A stretch of DNA of 64,000 nt from an uncultured Acidobacteriota bacterium (GTDB lineage: Bacteria; Acidobacteriota; Terriglobia; UBA7540): positions 64,001 to 128,000 of the forward strand of contig CAWDSK010000002.1 in NCBI GenBank assembly GCA_963804995.1, given 5' to 3'. The first letter of the stretch is position 1; each line of letters begins with the position of its first letter. This document shows positions 51,220 through 61,440 of this stretch, piece after piece. The position numbers and the translations under genes were made by a program. The notes under the pieces were generated by a model, which did no database searches, was not told where the DNA came from, and saw only the letters and a program-made list of their open reading frames with translations.

Positions 51220-52899
51220 TTATTTTGCCGCTGTCTCCCGCTTCAGCGATTTCAGCCGCTTCATCGCGTCGTTTCCACCGCGCCCGAAGTAATCGTGAAG
51301 CGCCTGGTATTCCGTAAAAAGCTTATTGTAAGTCGCGTGGTGCTCTGCGCGCGGCCGGAAGGTGTGCTTCTGCACCCTGGCCATGTGCTGGGCGGCTTCA
51401 AAAATCGAGTCGTAGCCGCCGGCAGCGCGTCCCGCGGCAACGGCGCCGTGCATCGCTGCTCCCAGCGCCGAGCAAGTCTGGAGCGGGTCAGCCAGCTTGA
51501 TTTCGCGCCCCGTGACATCGGCGTAAATCTGCATCAAGAGCCGGCTCTTCTCCGGCAAGCCGCCGCACGCCACAAGTTCCTTTACGGCGATACCCTTCGA
51601 CTCGAACGCCTCGATGATGGTGCGTGTACCAAAGGCGGTGGCCTCAATCAGGGCACGGTAAATCTCTTCCGCGCGCGTCGAGAGCGTCATGCCCAGGAGT
51701 ACGCCGGAGACGTCAACATCCACCAGGATGGAACGATTGCCATTCCACCAGTCGAGCGCCACCAGGCCCGACGCGCCGGGCTTAAGCGCCGCGGCACGCT
51801 TTTCCAGCGCCACTTGGAATGGCACTTTCAGCCGGCGCGCGTCACGATGTATGTAATCCGGCACCCCGTGCTCAAAGAACCAGGCGAAGATGTCACCGAC
51901 AGCGGATTGCCCCGCCTCATAACCCCAAAGGCCGGGGACAATGCCGTCCTCGACGACGCCACACATGCCCTCCACCATCTGCCGCTCCTTCGCGAGCAGC
52001 ATGTGGCAGATTGACGTGCCCATGATCATCACGAGCGAACCGGGCTCGGTCACCGTGCAGGCCGGCACCCCCACGTGAGCATCAACATTACCGATGGAGA
52101 CCGGCGTCCCTTCCTGGAGACCGGTTTGCTTCGCCCAAAATGCGGTCAGGCCGCCAGCCCTCGCGCCCAGCGGATAGTACGTTTCACCAACCTTCTCCGC
52201 GATGACGTTCTCAAGCCGGGGGTCAAGCGCGCGGAAGAAATCTGACGAAGGAAATCCCTGACCCTTCACCCACATGGCTTTGTATCCAGCCGTGCAAGTG
52301 TTGCGCTTCTGTTCACCGGTCAATTGCCACACGATCCAATCCGCCGCCTCAATAAAGCGATCGGTGGCGGCGTAGACATCCGGGGCTTCGTTCAGCACCT
52401 GCAAAAGTTTTGAGAAGAACCACTCGGAGGAGTACTTCCCCCCATAGATGCGAATGAATTCCTCGTTGCGCTCGCGGCCGACCTCGTTGATGCGATTGGC
52501 TTCGGCTTGAGCGGCGTGGTGTTTCCAAAGTTTGACATACGCGTGCGGATGCTTGCGGAATCTGGTAACCCCACAGAGCGGCACTCCGCCCGGCGTTGTA
52601 GGCATGGGGCTGGAGGCGGTGAAGTCCGTGCCAATGCCGACCACATCCTCCGCCTTTACTCGCGCTTCCTTCAGCGCTTTCGGTACCCCCTTCTCCAGGA
52701 CGCGCAAATAGTCGAAGGGATTCTGGAGCGCCCAGTCAGGTTCCAGCGCAGGACCACCGGGGAGACGCTCGTCAATCACGCCGTTGGGGTAAGCGACCAC
52801 TGAGGACGCCACCAGCTTGCCGTCGCGCGCGCGAACCACAACCACGCGCCCTGATTCCGTCCCGAAATCAATTCCCAGCACGAACTTGTCTTTGGACAT
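51220..52899 (-). CDS. araB: Ribulokinase
   Basis: GIDFGTESGR, LWKHHAA, YGGKYSSEW, GYKA, MGTS, EAGQSAVGD, DWWNGNRS. Confidence 0.92.
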   Translation of the reverse strand: MSKDKFVLGIDFGTESGRVVVVRARDGKLVASSVVAYPNGVIDERLPGGPALEPDWALQNPFDYLRVLEKGVPKALKEARVKAEDVVGIGTDFTASSPMPTTPGGVPLCGVTRFRKHPHAYVKLWKHHAAQAEANRINEVGRERNEEFIRIYGGKYSSEWFFSKLLQVLNEAPDVYAATDRFIEAADWIVWQLTGEQKRNTCTAGYKAMWVKGQGFPSSDFFRALDPRLENVIAEKVGETYYPLGARAGGLTAFWAKQTGLQEGTPVSIGNVDAHVGVPACTVTEPGSLVMIMGTSICHMLLAKERQMVEGMCGVVEDGIVPGLWGYEAGQSAVGDIFAWFFEHGVPDYIHRDARRLKVPFQVALEKRAAALKPGASGLVALDWWNGNRSILVDVDVSGVLLGMTLSTRAEEIYRALIEATAFGTRTIIEAFESKGIAVKELVACGGLPEKSRLLMQIYADVTGREIKLADPLQTCSALGAAMHGAVAAGRAAGGYDSIFEAAQHMARVQKHTFRPRAEHHATYNKLFTEYQALHDYFGRGGNDAMKRLKSLKRETAAK

Positions 52900-53173
52900 G
52901 GGGGCCTCGGCCTGAGAGCACTAACACCGCAGAGCAGCGGATCGCAGGGCCAACTCGCCTGGGCGAAGGTCCACCAAGACCCATTCGAGTGGCCGGCCGA
53001 ACATCATCGCCCACCGTGGGGAGGAGCGCAAGAAGGAAAAGCTGCTCTGGGTGTAAACACTTACCACAGGTTGTTTGCTGTGTCCTGTTAGCCCCAAATC
53101 GCCATTTCTTACCATTGACGCCGGGCCGCCACTTGGTGTACGAATCCCACTTACCCTCAAATCGGAGGTGCTT

Positions 53174-54121
53174 GTGGAACTCTATCCCCACGTCTATCAG
53201 ATCCAATCCTTGTACGGTGGCCGAAACCTCTTTCAGTACCTGTTTGTTGGCGACAACACGGTGCTGGTCGATACAGGCATCGCGGAAACGCCCGAAAAGG
53301 TGATCTTCCCTTACCTGGATTCACTCCAGCTCAAACCTCAGCGCCTGACGCTGGCGGTGACGACCCACTCTGACCTCGACCACCAGGGTGGGAATGACTC
53401 GATCAAGCGCGCCTCGCCCGGCACGTGGCTCAGTTGCGGCGCCGCCGACCGGGAACTGGTGGAGGACCCACGCGCGCTCTTCGACGTCCGCTACAACTTT
53501 TTGCGCGCCGAGCATGACGTGGGTATGAGCCCTGAACCGCGGCCCGAGGCCGGCCGGCGGCGCCCGATGGACGTTTGCTTTACGGGAGGTGAAATCATTC
53601 GCTTGCGTGAGGACTGGCACCTGGAGGTCCTTCACGTGCCCGGCCACTCGCACGGCCATCTGGCGCTCTATGATCCTCAACACCACGCGGCGTTCGTGGG
53701 CGACGCCATTCACGGCCGCGGTTGCCCAAAAGCCACGGGCGGTATGGGCATCCCCGTAACTTACTACTACGTGGATATCTACCTTTCGACCCTCCGTTAC
53801 TTCGAGCATCTACCGCTTGATGTCCTTTACTCCGGGCATTGGCCCATCATGCGCGGCGAGGAGATCCGCGACTTCATCGCCCTGTCGCGGCAGACCGTCG
53901 AGTTGTTGGATCGCGTGATCCTGGAGAGCCTCCGAAAGACCCCCACTGGGCTCAGCATGAAAGAGCTTATCGATGCGGTCGCGAACGCCGTGGGTGATTG
54001 GCCGCCCGATTCCTGGACGCTTGCCATGTTTCCCGTCAAGGGCCACATGGATCGCTTGGAAGAGCAAGGCAAGGTACACGCGCTGCGGGGGACGCGGCCG
54101 GTAAAGTGGGAGCTGGCTTGA
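53174..54121 (+). CDS. Metallo-beta-lactamase-fold hydrolase
   Basis: THSDLDHQGG, PGHSHGH, GDA, SGHW; GGAGG RBS + GTG. Confidence 0.88.
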   Translation: MELYPHVYQIQSLYGGRNLFQYLFVGDNTVLVDTGIAETPEKVIFPYLDSLQLKPQRLTLAVTTHSDLDHQGGNDSIKRASPGTWLSCGAADRELVEDPRALFDVRYNFLRAEHDVGMSPEPRPEAGRRRPMDVCFTGGEIIRLREDWHLEVLHVPGHSHGHLALYDPQHHAAFVGDAIHGRGCPKATGGMGIPVTYYYVDIYLSTLRYFEHLPLDVLYSGHWPIMRGEEIRDFIALSRQTVELLDRVILESLRKTPTGLSMKELIDAVANAVGDWPPDSWTLAMFPVKGHMDRLEEQGKVHALRGTRPVKWELA

Positions 54122-54277
54122 AGGCTTGGGATTTGGGGTTCGCGATTCGGGAAGGAATGTGGGCAGTAAGCAGAAGGCAGTAGGCAGTCGCAAATTCTGA
54201 ATTATGAATTCAGAATTAAGATTTCCAGACGATCGTTTATGCAGCTTTTTCAGAATTCAGCATTCAGAATTTAGAAC
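54122..54277. repeat. Three adjacent 7-bp arrays, the last an inverted pair of the GAATTAT family
   Basis: ggcttgg gatttgg ggttcgc gattcgg; gcagtaa gcagaag gcagtag; aattctg aattatg aattcag ... ttcagaa ttcagca ttcagaa. Confidence 0.7.
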
Positions 54278-54296
54278 ATCGCTAAGGAGAAAGCCG

Positions 54297-55268
54297 TCAG
54301 CGATTGTATTTCGGCGTGATGCCGCGCAGGCGCTTCCACACTGCGTCGCAGCGAGAGAGAACAGACTCATCCAGCGGCACACCTTCTGCGGCCTTCAGAT
54401 TTTCCGCAAGTTGCTCGACCCGCGAAGCTCCCAAGATGATGGAATCGACCGCAGGCCGCGAAAGCAGCCACTGGAGCGCGAGTTCGACCAGGGTTTTGCC
54501 TGACTCCGCCGCGATCGAGCGCAACTCTTCCACGGCGGCGAAGTTGTCGTCAAGCCAGTAGCGATCCTGGTACATCTTGTTGCCATCGAAGCGCGTGCCG
54601 GCGATGGGACCGCTGGCGCGGGAGTGTTTTCCGGTCAGCAATCCGCCCGCCAGGGGATTGTAAGGCACGACCGCGACGCCCAAGCGCTGGCAGAACGGCA
54701 GGTATTCCTCCTCGATGCCACGCGCTAGCAGGTTGTACATGGGTTGTGAGATGTAGTAGGGCTGGTAACCGCGTTTTTCACAATTCCACAGAATTTCGCA
54801 CACTTGCCACGCGGCGTAATTCGAAACAGCCGGAAAGCGTACCTTACCCGCCCGCACCAAGCTCTCAATCGCCTCCAGCGTTTCCTCGATGGGCACGCCG
54901 TAGTCGGGTTGATGCAAGTAGTAAAGATCCAGGTAATCGGTCCCCAGTCGCGCCAAGCTGGCGTCTATGGCTTTGGTGATGGCCGCGCGCGACAGGCCCT
55001 CGTCGTCGAGTGCGTCTCCCATCTTGCCGCGGACCTTGGAGGTCAGAACGATTTTGTCGCGCCGGCCCTTGAGCGCCTTGCCCAGGATCGTCTCCGACGC
55101 TCCCCTATTGTAAATATTTGCGGTATCAAAAAAATTGATGCCCGCATCAAAGCAGATGTCCACCATGCGGGTAGCGTTGGCTGGGTCAGTCTGCGCGCCA
55201 AAAGTCATGGTGCCGAAAGAGAGGCGAGATACTTTGAGTCCGGTCTTGGGAAGAGTGCGATACTCCAT
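54297..55268 (-). CDS. Aldo/keto reductase
   Basis: FGTMTFG, FDTANIY, TDYLDLYYLHQPD, YNPLAGGLLTGK. Confidence 0.92.
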   Translation of the reverse strand: MEYRTLPKTGLKVSRLSFGTMTFGAQTDPANATRMVDICFDAGINFFDTANIYNRGASETILGKALKGRRDKIVLTSKVRGKMGDALDDEGLSRAAITKAIDASLARLGTDYLDLYYLHQPDYGVPIEETLEAIESLVRAGKVRFPAVSNYAAWQVCEILWNCEKRGYQPYYISQPMYNLLARGIEEEYLPFCQRLGVAVVPYNPLAGGLLTGKHSRASGPIAGTRFDGNKMYQDRYWLDDNFAAVEELRSIAAESGKTLVELALQWLLSRPAVDSIILGASRVEQLAENLKAAEGVPLDESVLSRCDAVWKRLRGITPKYNR

Positions 55269-55452
55269 GTTCACCTCATTGGGATTGAGTGCGGCGCCGG
55301 ATGCTGCGCGGTCAGACGCCACTTTCGATGACGTTCTACCGAGGGGGGGCCAGCGCGCCATGACGGCCGGAAAACATCGGGTGGAACGTCCGGCTCCGCC
55401 CAACCTCCTTTTCAATCTCTCACATTCCCGTGGTGTATTACAATACCTGTGC

Positions 55453-55842
55453 ATGCCGGAGCCGCCGCTGTTACAGCTCGCCCAGGAACTCGAGTGGTTG
55501 GGATGCGAGCTCGAGCATTACGGCCAACTGCACGCCGAGCAGGGGTTTCCTCAATCCGGGCCTGCCTGGGAAGCGTTCTGCGAAAAGCAGCGCGGCGTGT
55601 TGGTGACGACAGACAAGATCGAGCGCGAAGTGAAGAGCGGCGTCCGGTATAATCCGGCGCGACTGGTAGGGGTTGAGTATCCGCTGGAGGACACCTTCAA
55701 CTCGATTGCGAACCTGATTGGTGCGGTCGAAGAGATCAAGCAGTGCACAGTCTTCGCCGTCGACGCGCTCCCCGCCCAGGTTCGTGCCTTCACCAAGCTG
55801 GTCGAGGGATATCTCCAGGCAATGGGGAGCGTGGCACGTTAG
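55453..55842 (+). CDS. Hypothetical helical protein (129 aa)
   Basis: Fills intergenic gap; TACAAT 8 nt before ATG. Confidence 0.6.
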   Translation: MPEPPLLQLAQELEWLGCELEHYGQLHAEQGFPQSGPAWEAFCEKQRGVLVTTDKIEREVKSGVRYNPARLVGVEYPLEDTFNSIANLIGAVEEIKQCTVFAVDALPAQVRAFTKLVEGYLQAMGSVAR

Positions 55843-56073
55843 CGTAAGGGCGGGGCCACCCACGCGCTATGTTTCAACGCAAAGGAGAGGCGGTCACCTC
55901 TCCAGCCCGCAGCGTCGCCCAAGTGGGGGTTGCAACCCCCCGGTCAAATGTTGAGGGATTGGTATAGAGTTTAAGAATTCAGTATTTCTAGAAGAGAAGC
56001 ACAACGCGCTTTCAGGCGGGTGGCGAGCCTTTCACACCGAGCTTCCCGGGAAAGCTCAAGGAGATTCTGCAAT

Positions 56074-56340
56074 ATGGACGAACAACAGTTGACGAAGCAG
56101 TTGCTGGATGAGGGATTCGACGATGTTTACGTTTGGGAGGACGGTCCCAACGTATTCTACCCGGAGCATCGGCATCCCGGCGTCTCAGCTCACATCATCC
56201 TGGAAGGCGAGATGACTGTCACCCTCGATGGGCAGGAGCATACTTACAAGCCTGGTGAGCGCTTCGATGTACCGGGCAAGACGGGTCACACCGCCCGCGT
56301 GGGGCCGGAAGGTTGTAAGTACCTGGTTGGAGAAATGTAG
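56074..56340 (+). CDS. Small cupin protein
   Basis: AGGAG RBS; YPEHRH...ILEGEM...PG...VP...HTA. Confidence 0.8.
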   Translation: MDEQQLTKQLLDEGFDDVYVWEDGPNVFYPEHRHPGVSAHIILEGEMTVTLDGQEHTYKPGERFDVPGKTGHTARVGPEGCKYLVGEM

Positions 56341-56503
56341 AATCCGCCGGATGCGCGACCGCTTCGAGGATCAGACCTAAGACGCGTTTGCTCCGACAAT
56401 TATCACTCCTCTTAACGTAAGAAACGGTCGGATTTACCCCGGCGTTTGGGGTTATTGATTCTGTCGGCTGAGTGCCTCCTGCTTGGCGCTTAGCCTTTCC
56501 CGC

Positions 56504-57580
56504 CTATCCCTGTCGCCAATCTTCCCAGTCCTTTCGCACAGCGTCGGCCATTTTCTTGGCTGCCTCGTGCAGCCATCCTGACTTACGCCGGGCAAAGTCG
56601 CGGCGCACCGCCTTGATGGCGCGCTTGCTGCCCAGATGAATGTTGGCCGTCTCATAACCCATAGCGTGCAGCAAACGCTCTTCGTCGGGCTGCTTGGGAA
56701 GCGCCGTGAGCTCAATCCGTGAGCAGTGCGGCGCGAGGCGACGGACGATCCAACGCCCCCGCAAGTGAACGTAGGGATCCAGGGCGCGGGCCGCCCCGGT
56801 GATGATTTCCTCGTAGAGAATCTTTTTCGAACCCTTGTCATCTTTTGCCCACACGCACGCGGAGGGCAGCAAGGCCTTGGCCTCGCGCGCCACGCGGCCT
56901 CCACTCCAATCCGCCAGCGCAACGTAACGCTCGCGGCCCAGACTCCCGAGGCCAGCCACGCGATGCGCAACGCGATAAATCAGTCCCGGTGCGGGCAGGA
57001 GATCCTCCAGCGCCTTGCGCGCACTCTTGGGAACTTCGCCACGCACGGAAGGAAGTTCGTTCATCTTCCCCCAGAAATGCACCGGGTCGCGCAGTTCGCC
57101 GGTCGCTGCCTCACGCAACCATCGGTTGTTTTCTTCCAGCACGAAGGGCTTACCGCCGGACTCCAACCCCTCGCGATACCCCGCCAGGATGGCACTGCAG
57201 GCTTCCTCGTGTGAAAGGACCAGGTGGTTGGCGCTGATCGCCAAGTGCGCGCTGACGGCGAGCCGAACCAAGTCGTTCGTGTAGGCCATGGGATAGGCTT
57301 CATCGAAATCGTTCACACCCCAGATCAGTCGCGATTCCTGATCGCGCCAGGTGCCGAAATTCTCCACATGCAGGTCACCCACTGCCAGCACACGCGGCGC
57401 TCGCACCAGCTCCGCACAGACCTCGGGCCATACCTGCACCCATCGGTAGAAGGTGGCGCGCAGAAACGAGAAGGCGCCTTCAGCCATCCGAGTGTGCTTC
57501 AGGGCCAGATCATTCTGAACGATCGTAATGTGTTTAGCCAGCCACGCTTCATACTTCTTGGTCGCTTTTTTGATGCGCAT
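56504..57580 (-). CDS. DUF2252 family protein
   Basis: FSFLRATF, GDLHVENFGTW, NDFDEA, GLGSLG. Confidence 0.82.
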   Translation of the reverse strand: MRIKKATKKYEAWLAKHITIVQNDLALKHTRMAEGAFSFLRATFYRWVQVWPEVCAELVRAPRVLAVGDLHVENFGTWRDQESRLIWGVNDFDEAYPMAYTNDLVRLAVSAHLAISANHLVLSHEEACSAILAGYREGLESGGKPFVLEENNRWLREAATGELRDPVHFWGKMNELPSVRGEVPKSARKALEDLLPAPGLIYRVAHRVAGLGSLGRERYVALADWSGGRVAREAKALLPSACVWAKDDKGSKKILYEEIITGAARALDPYVHLRGRWIVRRLAPHCSRIELTALPKQPDEERLLHAMGYETANIHLGSKRAIKAVRRDFARRKSGWLHEAAKKMADAVRKDWEDWRQG

Positions 57581-57586
57581 AACGCG

Positions 57587-58333
57587 TCACCTTCCTGGCT
57601 CTTGTTGCTGCCGACGGAAATACGACTCGACCTTTTCGAGGTCCTCTTCCGTATCCACTCCGATGGTATCGAGAGGGGTCTCCACAACCGCGATGCTAAT
57701 GCCGTTTTCAAGAAAGCGTAGTTGCTCGAGCTTTTCGAGTAGTTCGAGCGCGGAAGGCGGCAGGTGGTGGAATCTCTCCAGTGCCGCCGCCCGAAAAGCA
57801 TAGATCCCCAAGTGCTTAAAATAAGGCGCGTCTCCACTTCCATCACGGTCGTGAGGGATAAGAGCGCGGGAAAAGTAGAGTGCCAGGCCACGAGCATCGG
57901 TCACGACTTTCACATTGTTCGGATCACGGGCGCGCTCCACGTCGATGGCAACTTTGAGGGTTGAAACCTGGGCCCCAGGGTCGTCGTGGAAGGGGCCGAG
58001 GAGGCGCTCCAGGTGGTCCGGAGTGATCATCGGTTCGTCACCCTGGATATTGACGTAGACCTCAGCCGGTTCGCGGCTCATAACTTCCACCACCCGATCC
58101 GTGCCGGAGCGATGGGCGCTTGAGGTCATCATTACCGGTATCGCCTGGGCGCGGCAATAGGATTCGACCTCCGCGGAATCGGTGGCCACCACGAGATGAT
58201 CGAGACTGGCCGCTTGGCGGGCACGCTCATACACCCAGGCAATCATGGGGCGGCCGCAAATCGCTCGCAGCGGTTTGCGAGGCAGCCTCGTAGACTCCAG
58301 TCGCGCCGGGATTACTCCCAAGACTCTGTGCAT
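57587..58333 (-). CDS. kdsB: 3-deoxy-manno-octulosonate cytidylyltransferase
   Basis: IPARLESTRLPRKPL, SGTDR, NIQGDEP, LYFSR, EKLEQLR. Confidence 0.96.
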   Translation of the reverse strand: MHRVLGVIPARLESTRLPRKPLRAICGRPMIAWVYERARQAASLDHLVVATDSAEVESYCRAQAIPVMMTSSAHRSGTDRVVEVMSREPAEVYVNIQGDEPMITPDHLERLLGPFHDDPGAQVSTLKVAIDVERARDPNNVKVVTDARGLALYFSRALIPHDRDGSGDAPYFKHLGIYAFRAAALERFHHLPPSALELLEKLEQLRFLENGISIAVVETPLDTIGVDTEEDLEKVESYFRRQQQEPGR

Positions 58334-58455
58334 GGTGAGAAGCCAAAGGGAGATTATGCTTAGTTATGGCCGGTTTGCAAGACCCTGATCGACTGAGGAC
58401 AAGTTCCCTCAGAAAAGTGGCCAGATCCACACCAGGGAGCTATACTCGCCTGACG

Positions 58456-59478
58456 ATGCCTGCACCCTCTCATTTTCCGGTCGGCAAATTGCCGGCGGCT
58501 GTCCTCCGGAGTCTTCTCCGGGCGTGCCGGCCGCCCGCATCGTCCCGCGTGGTGATTGGCCCGCGCTACGGGGAAGATGCCGCCGTAATTGATTTCGGGG
58601 AAAAATACCTGATCGCCAAGACCGACCCCATCACCTTCACCGAGGAGCGCATCGGCTGGTACGCCGTCAACATCAACGCCAATGACATCGCGACCATGGG
58701 CGCGCGGCCGCGCTGGTTCCTGGCCACGCTGCTCCTCCCGGAGAACCGCTCCACACCTGCCCTGGCACGCCGAATTTTTAGGGACACGCTCCGCGCCTGC
58801 CGTTCGCTGGGCGTCACGCTATGCGGGGGCCATACGGAAATCACCACGGGCCTGCAGCGGCCTATCGTTGTGGGCCAGATGCTGGGTGAGGTTGAGAAAT
58901 CGAAACTCATCCGGAAGGATAGTCAGCGCCCCGGCGACCTGGTGATTCTGACACGCGGCGTGGCGCTTGAAGGCACAGCCATTCTGGCGCGGGCCAAACG
59001 GGCAGAGCTCGAACGGAAGCTCGGCCCCAGCGTGGTTCAGAGAGCCAAGCGATTGCTCTTCGATCCTGGAATCAGTGTGGTTCGCGACGCAACACTCGCG
59101 GTTCGATGGGGGGAAATCCACGCCATGCACGACCCGACCGAAGGCGGGCTGCTGGCTGGCTTGGACGAGATCGCCCGAGCCGGACGAGTGGGTCTCCGGG
59201 TGTGGAGAGAAGAGATCCCCGTTTTGGCGGAGACGCGCGCCTTCAGCCAGGTGCTGCGTTTCGATCCCCTGGGGCTTATCGCCTCAGGCGCACTTCTGAT
59301 CGTTGCAACTGCAGAATCCGCTCCGCGCCTCCTGCGGGCCTATGGGCGGCGAGGAACTCCCGCCACCGTAATTGGAGAAGTCCGCCGTGAGAGCGAAGGC
59401 ATCATGCTTTTCCAAGACGGTCAAGCGAAGCCTTTGCGGGTTCCCAAGCGGGATGAAATTGCGCGGCTTCTGGGTTGA
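58456..59478 (+). CDS. AIR synthase-related / HypE-like protein
   Basis: GKLP, GEDAAV, TDPIT, NDIATMGARP, GGHTE, MHDPTEGG. Confidence 0.85.
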   Translation: MPAPSHFPVGKLPAAVLRSLLRACRPPASSRVVIGPRYGEDAAVIDFGEKYLIAKTDPITFTEERIGWYAVNINANDIATMGARPRWFLATLLLPENRSTPALARRIFRDTLRACRSLGVTLCGGHTEITTGLQRPIVVGQMLGEVEKSKLIRKDSQRPGDLVILTRGVALEGTAILARAKRAELERKLGPSVVQRAKRLLFDPGISVVRDATLAVRWGEIHAMHDPTEGGLLAGLDEIARAGRVGLRVWREEIPVLAETRAFSQVLRFDPLGLIASGALLIVATAESAPRLLRAYGRRGTPATVIGEVRRESEGIMLFQDGQAKPLRVPKRDEIARLLG

Positions 59479-59915
59479 AAGGTTGCCAGAGGAGTTCATT
59501 CAGTCGTTGTGCCGGCACGCTTTTCAGCGCAAAGTCGAGGGAAAAAGCTGGCAATTCTAGGGTTTAAAAAGTGCTGTGAATGGGTTAAATTTTTCGTCGT
59601 CGGGAAAAGCGGGCATTGGCGCGCCCCGAAAGGCCTCGGAACCTCTCAGAGGCGCTATTTTCAAGGCTCCGGAGGGGTATGCACGCGCCTGGATTCGTGC
59701 TATATTAGAAGAGTGAAACGAGTCAATTCCGGCAAGTTATTGCGCCTTCTTAGGACCGTCTCAACACACAAAAATGGGAAAACCCGTGGACAGGTAGCGA
59801 TGTTTGAGGCGCCTTAGTGACGCCAGTTCTTTCACGCTCGCAAAAGGGGCTAGTCTCGGACCAGCAGAGCTCCTACCCGGTAGGGGCGGGCGGTTGTTTT
59901 CCCTCTGAAAGCACC

Positions 59916-61238
59916 ATGAACGCTTGGCAAGAAATCCTGGGTTACCTGAAGACCAAGGTGAACACGCAGAGTTACCAGACGTGGTTGCGGCCGACCCGCT
60001 TCAGCCACGTTGACCAGGGAGCACTCGTGGTGCGAGTTCCTAACCGCGAGTTTCAGGATTGGATTCAGGAGCACTACGGCGGGATGATTCATGATGCGGT
60101 CACTGAGCTCCAGTTAGACTTGCAGAAAGTCCGCTACGTGGTGGAAGAAAGCACCGACAAGAAGCCCATGGAGAGCGGGGAGGGAAAAACCTTTCAGGCT
60201 AAGCTGGATTTTGAATCTGTCGACCACCAACTGAACCCCCGCTACACTTTTGACACTTTTGTGGTCGGGAATTGCAACCAGTTTGCCCACGCCGCTGCGC
60301 AAGCCGTGGCGGAAACGCCGGCCAAGGCCTACAACCCGTTGTTCCTCTATGGCGGAGTAGGGCTGGGAAAGACGCACCTCATGCAAGCCGTCGGCCACAT
60401 GATCAAGGGTAAGTGGAGAGAAATGCGGTTGGCCTATGTTTCCTCCGAAAGTTTTACGAACGAGGTGATAAACTCTCTCCGCTACGACCGCATGGTTTCT
60501 TTCCGTGATAAATACCGTAATGTGGACGTCCTGCTGATGGATGATATTGAGTTCATCGGTGGCAAGGAGCGAACCCAGGAAGAGTTTTTCCACACCTTCA
60601 ACACTTTGTACGAGGCGCAAAAGCAGGTCGTGATCTCCAGTGACTGCCCGCCCAAAGAGATCACGGGACTGGAAGAGCGTCTCCGTTCGCGCTTCGCCTG
60701 GGGTCTAACCGCGGATTTGCAAGCACCGGACCTGGAGACGAAGCGGGCGATCCTGGCCAAGAAGACAGAATCGCAGAGCGTGGTTCTGCCTGACGATGTC
60801 AGTGAGTTTATCGCCCGCAAGATCAAATCGAGTGTTCGCGACTTGGAAGGGGCACTGACGCGTCTGATTGCCTACTCCTCATTGACGGGCGCCTCCATCT
60901 CCCTCGTCATGGCGCAGCAGGTACTCAAGAACCTGATTGACCTGGAGGATCGGCGAGTTTCCATTGAGAATGTTCAGCGGGCGGTTTGCAGGGAGTTTGG
61001 ACTTACCTTGCCGCAGTTAAAGGCCAAGGATAACAGCCGAGCGGTTGCCTATCCGCGGCAGATCGCGATGTTCCTTACCAAGGAACTGACTCCGGCGTCG
61101 TTGCCTCAGATCGGCAGGGAGTTTGGCGGAAAACATCACACCACGGTTCTGCACTCGATCAATAAAATCGCGGAGATGCGGGAAAGTGACAGGGATTTGA
61201 ACAGACTTCTTAACAAGCTACGTGATGGCCTGAATTGA
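59916..61238 (+). CDS. dnaA: Chromosomal replication initiator DnaA
   Basis: YTFDTFVVGNCN, NPLFLYGGVGLGKTHL, TQEEFFHTFN, FGGKHHTTVLH. Confidence 0.98.
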   Translation: MNAWQEILGYLKTKVNTQSYQTWLRPTRFSHVDQGALVVRVPNREFQDWIQEHYGGMIHDAVTELQLDLQKVRYVVEESTDKKPMESGEGKTFQAKLDFESVDHQLNPRYTFDTFVVGNCNQFAHAAAQAVAETPAKAYNPLFLYGGVGLGKTHLMQAVGHMIKGKWREMRLAYVSSESFTNEVINSLRYDRMVSFRDKYRNVDVLLMDDIEFIGGKERTQEEFFHTFNTLYEAQKQVVISSDCPPKEITGLEERLRSRFAWGLTADLQAPDLETKRAILAKKTESQSVVLPDDVSEFIARKIKSSVRDLEGALTRLIAYSSLTGASISLVMAQQVLKNLIDLEDRRVSIENVQRAVCREFGLTLPQLKAKDNSRAVAYPRQIAMFLTKELTPASLPQIGREFGGKHHTTVLHSINKIAEMRESDRDLNRLLNKLRDGLN

Positions 61239-61440
61239 ACTTAAGGGGTTATCCAATTTTTTGGTAAGTGGGAAATTTGTGAATTCCGAGGATCGGGTCG
61301 AAGTGTTATGGTAATCCTCAAAACCCTGAAAGCAATCCACACAGGGAGGACAGGTAAGTTACGGTGACCATAGAGCTTCGCGGATTTTCCACAAATCCAC
61401 AGCACTACGACTAAATACTATCTCTTGAGGGAAAATCTTT
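61239..61440 (+). other. Probable oriC (DnaA boxes and DnaA-trios)
   Basis: TTTTCCACA 61385, AAATCCACA 61393, CAATCCACA ~61333, then CTACGACTAAATACTA 61405-61420. Confidence 0.8.
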
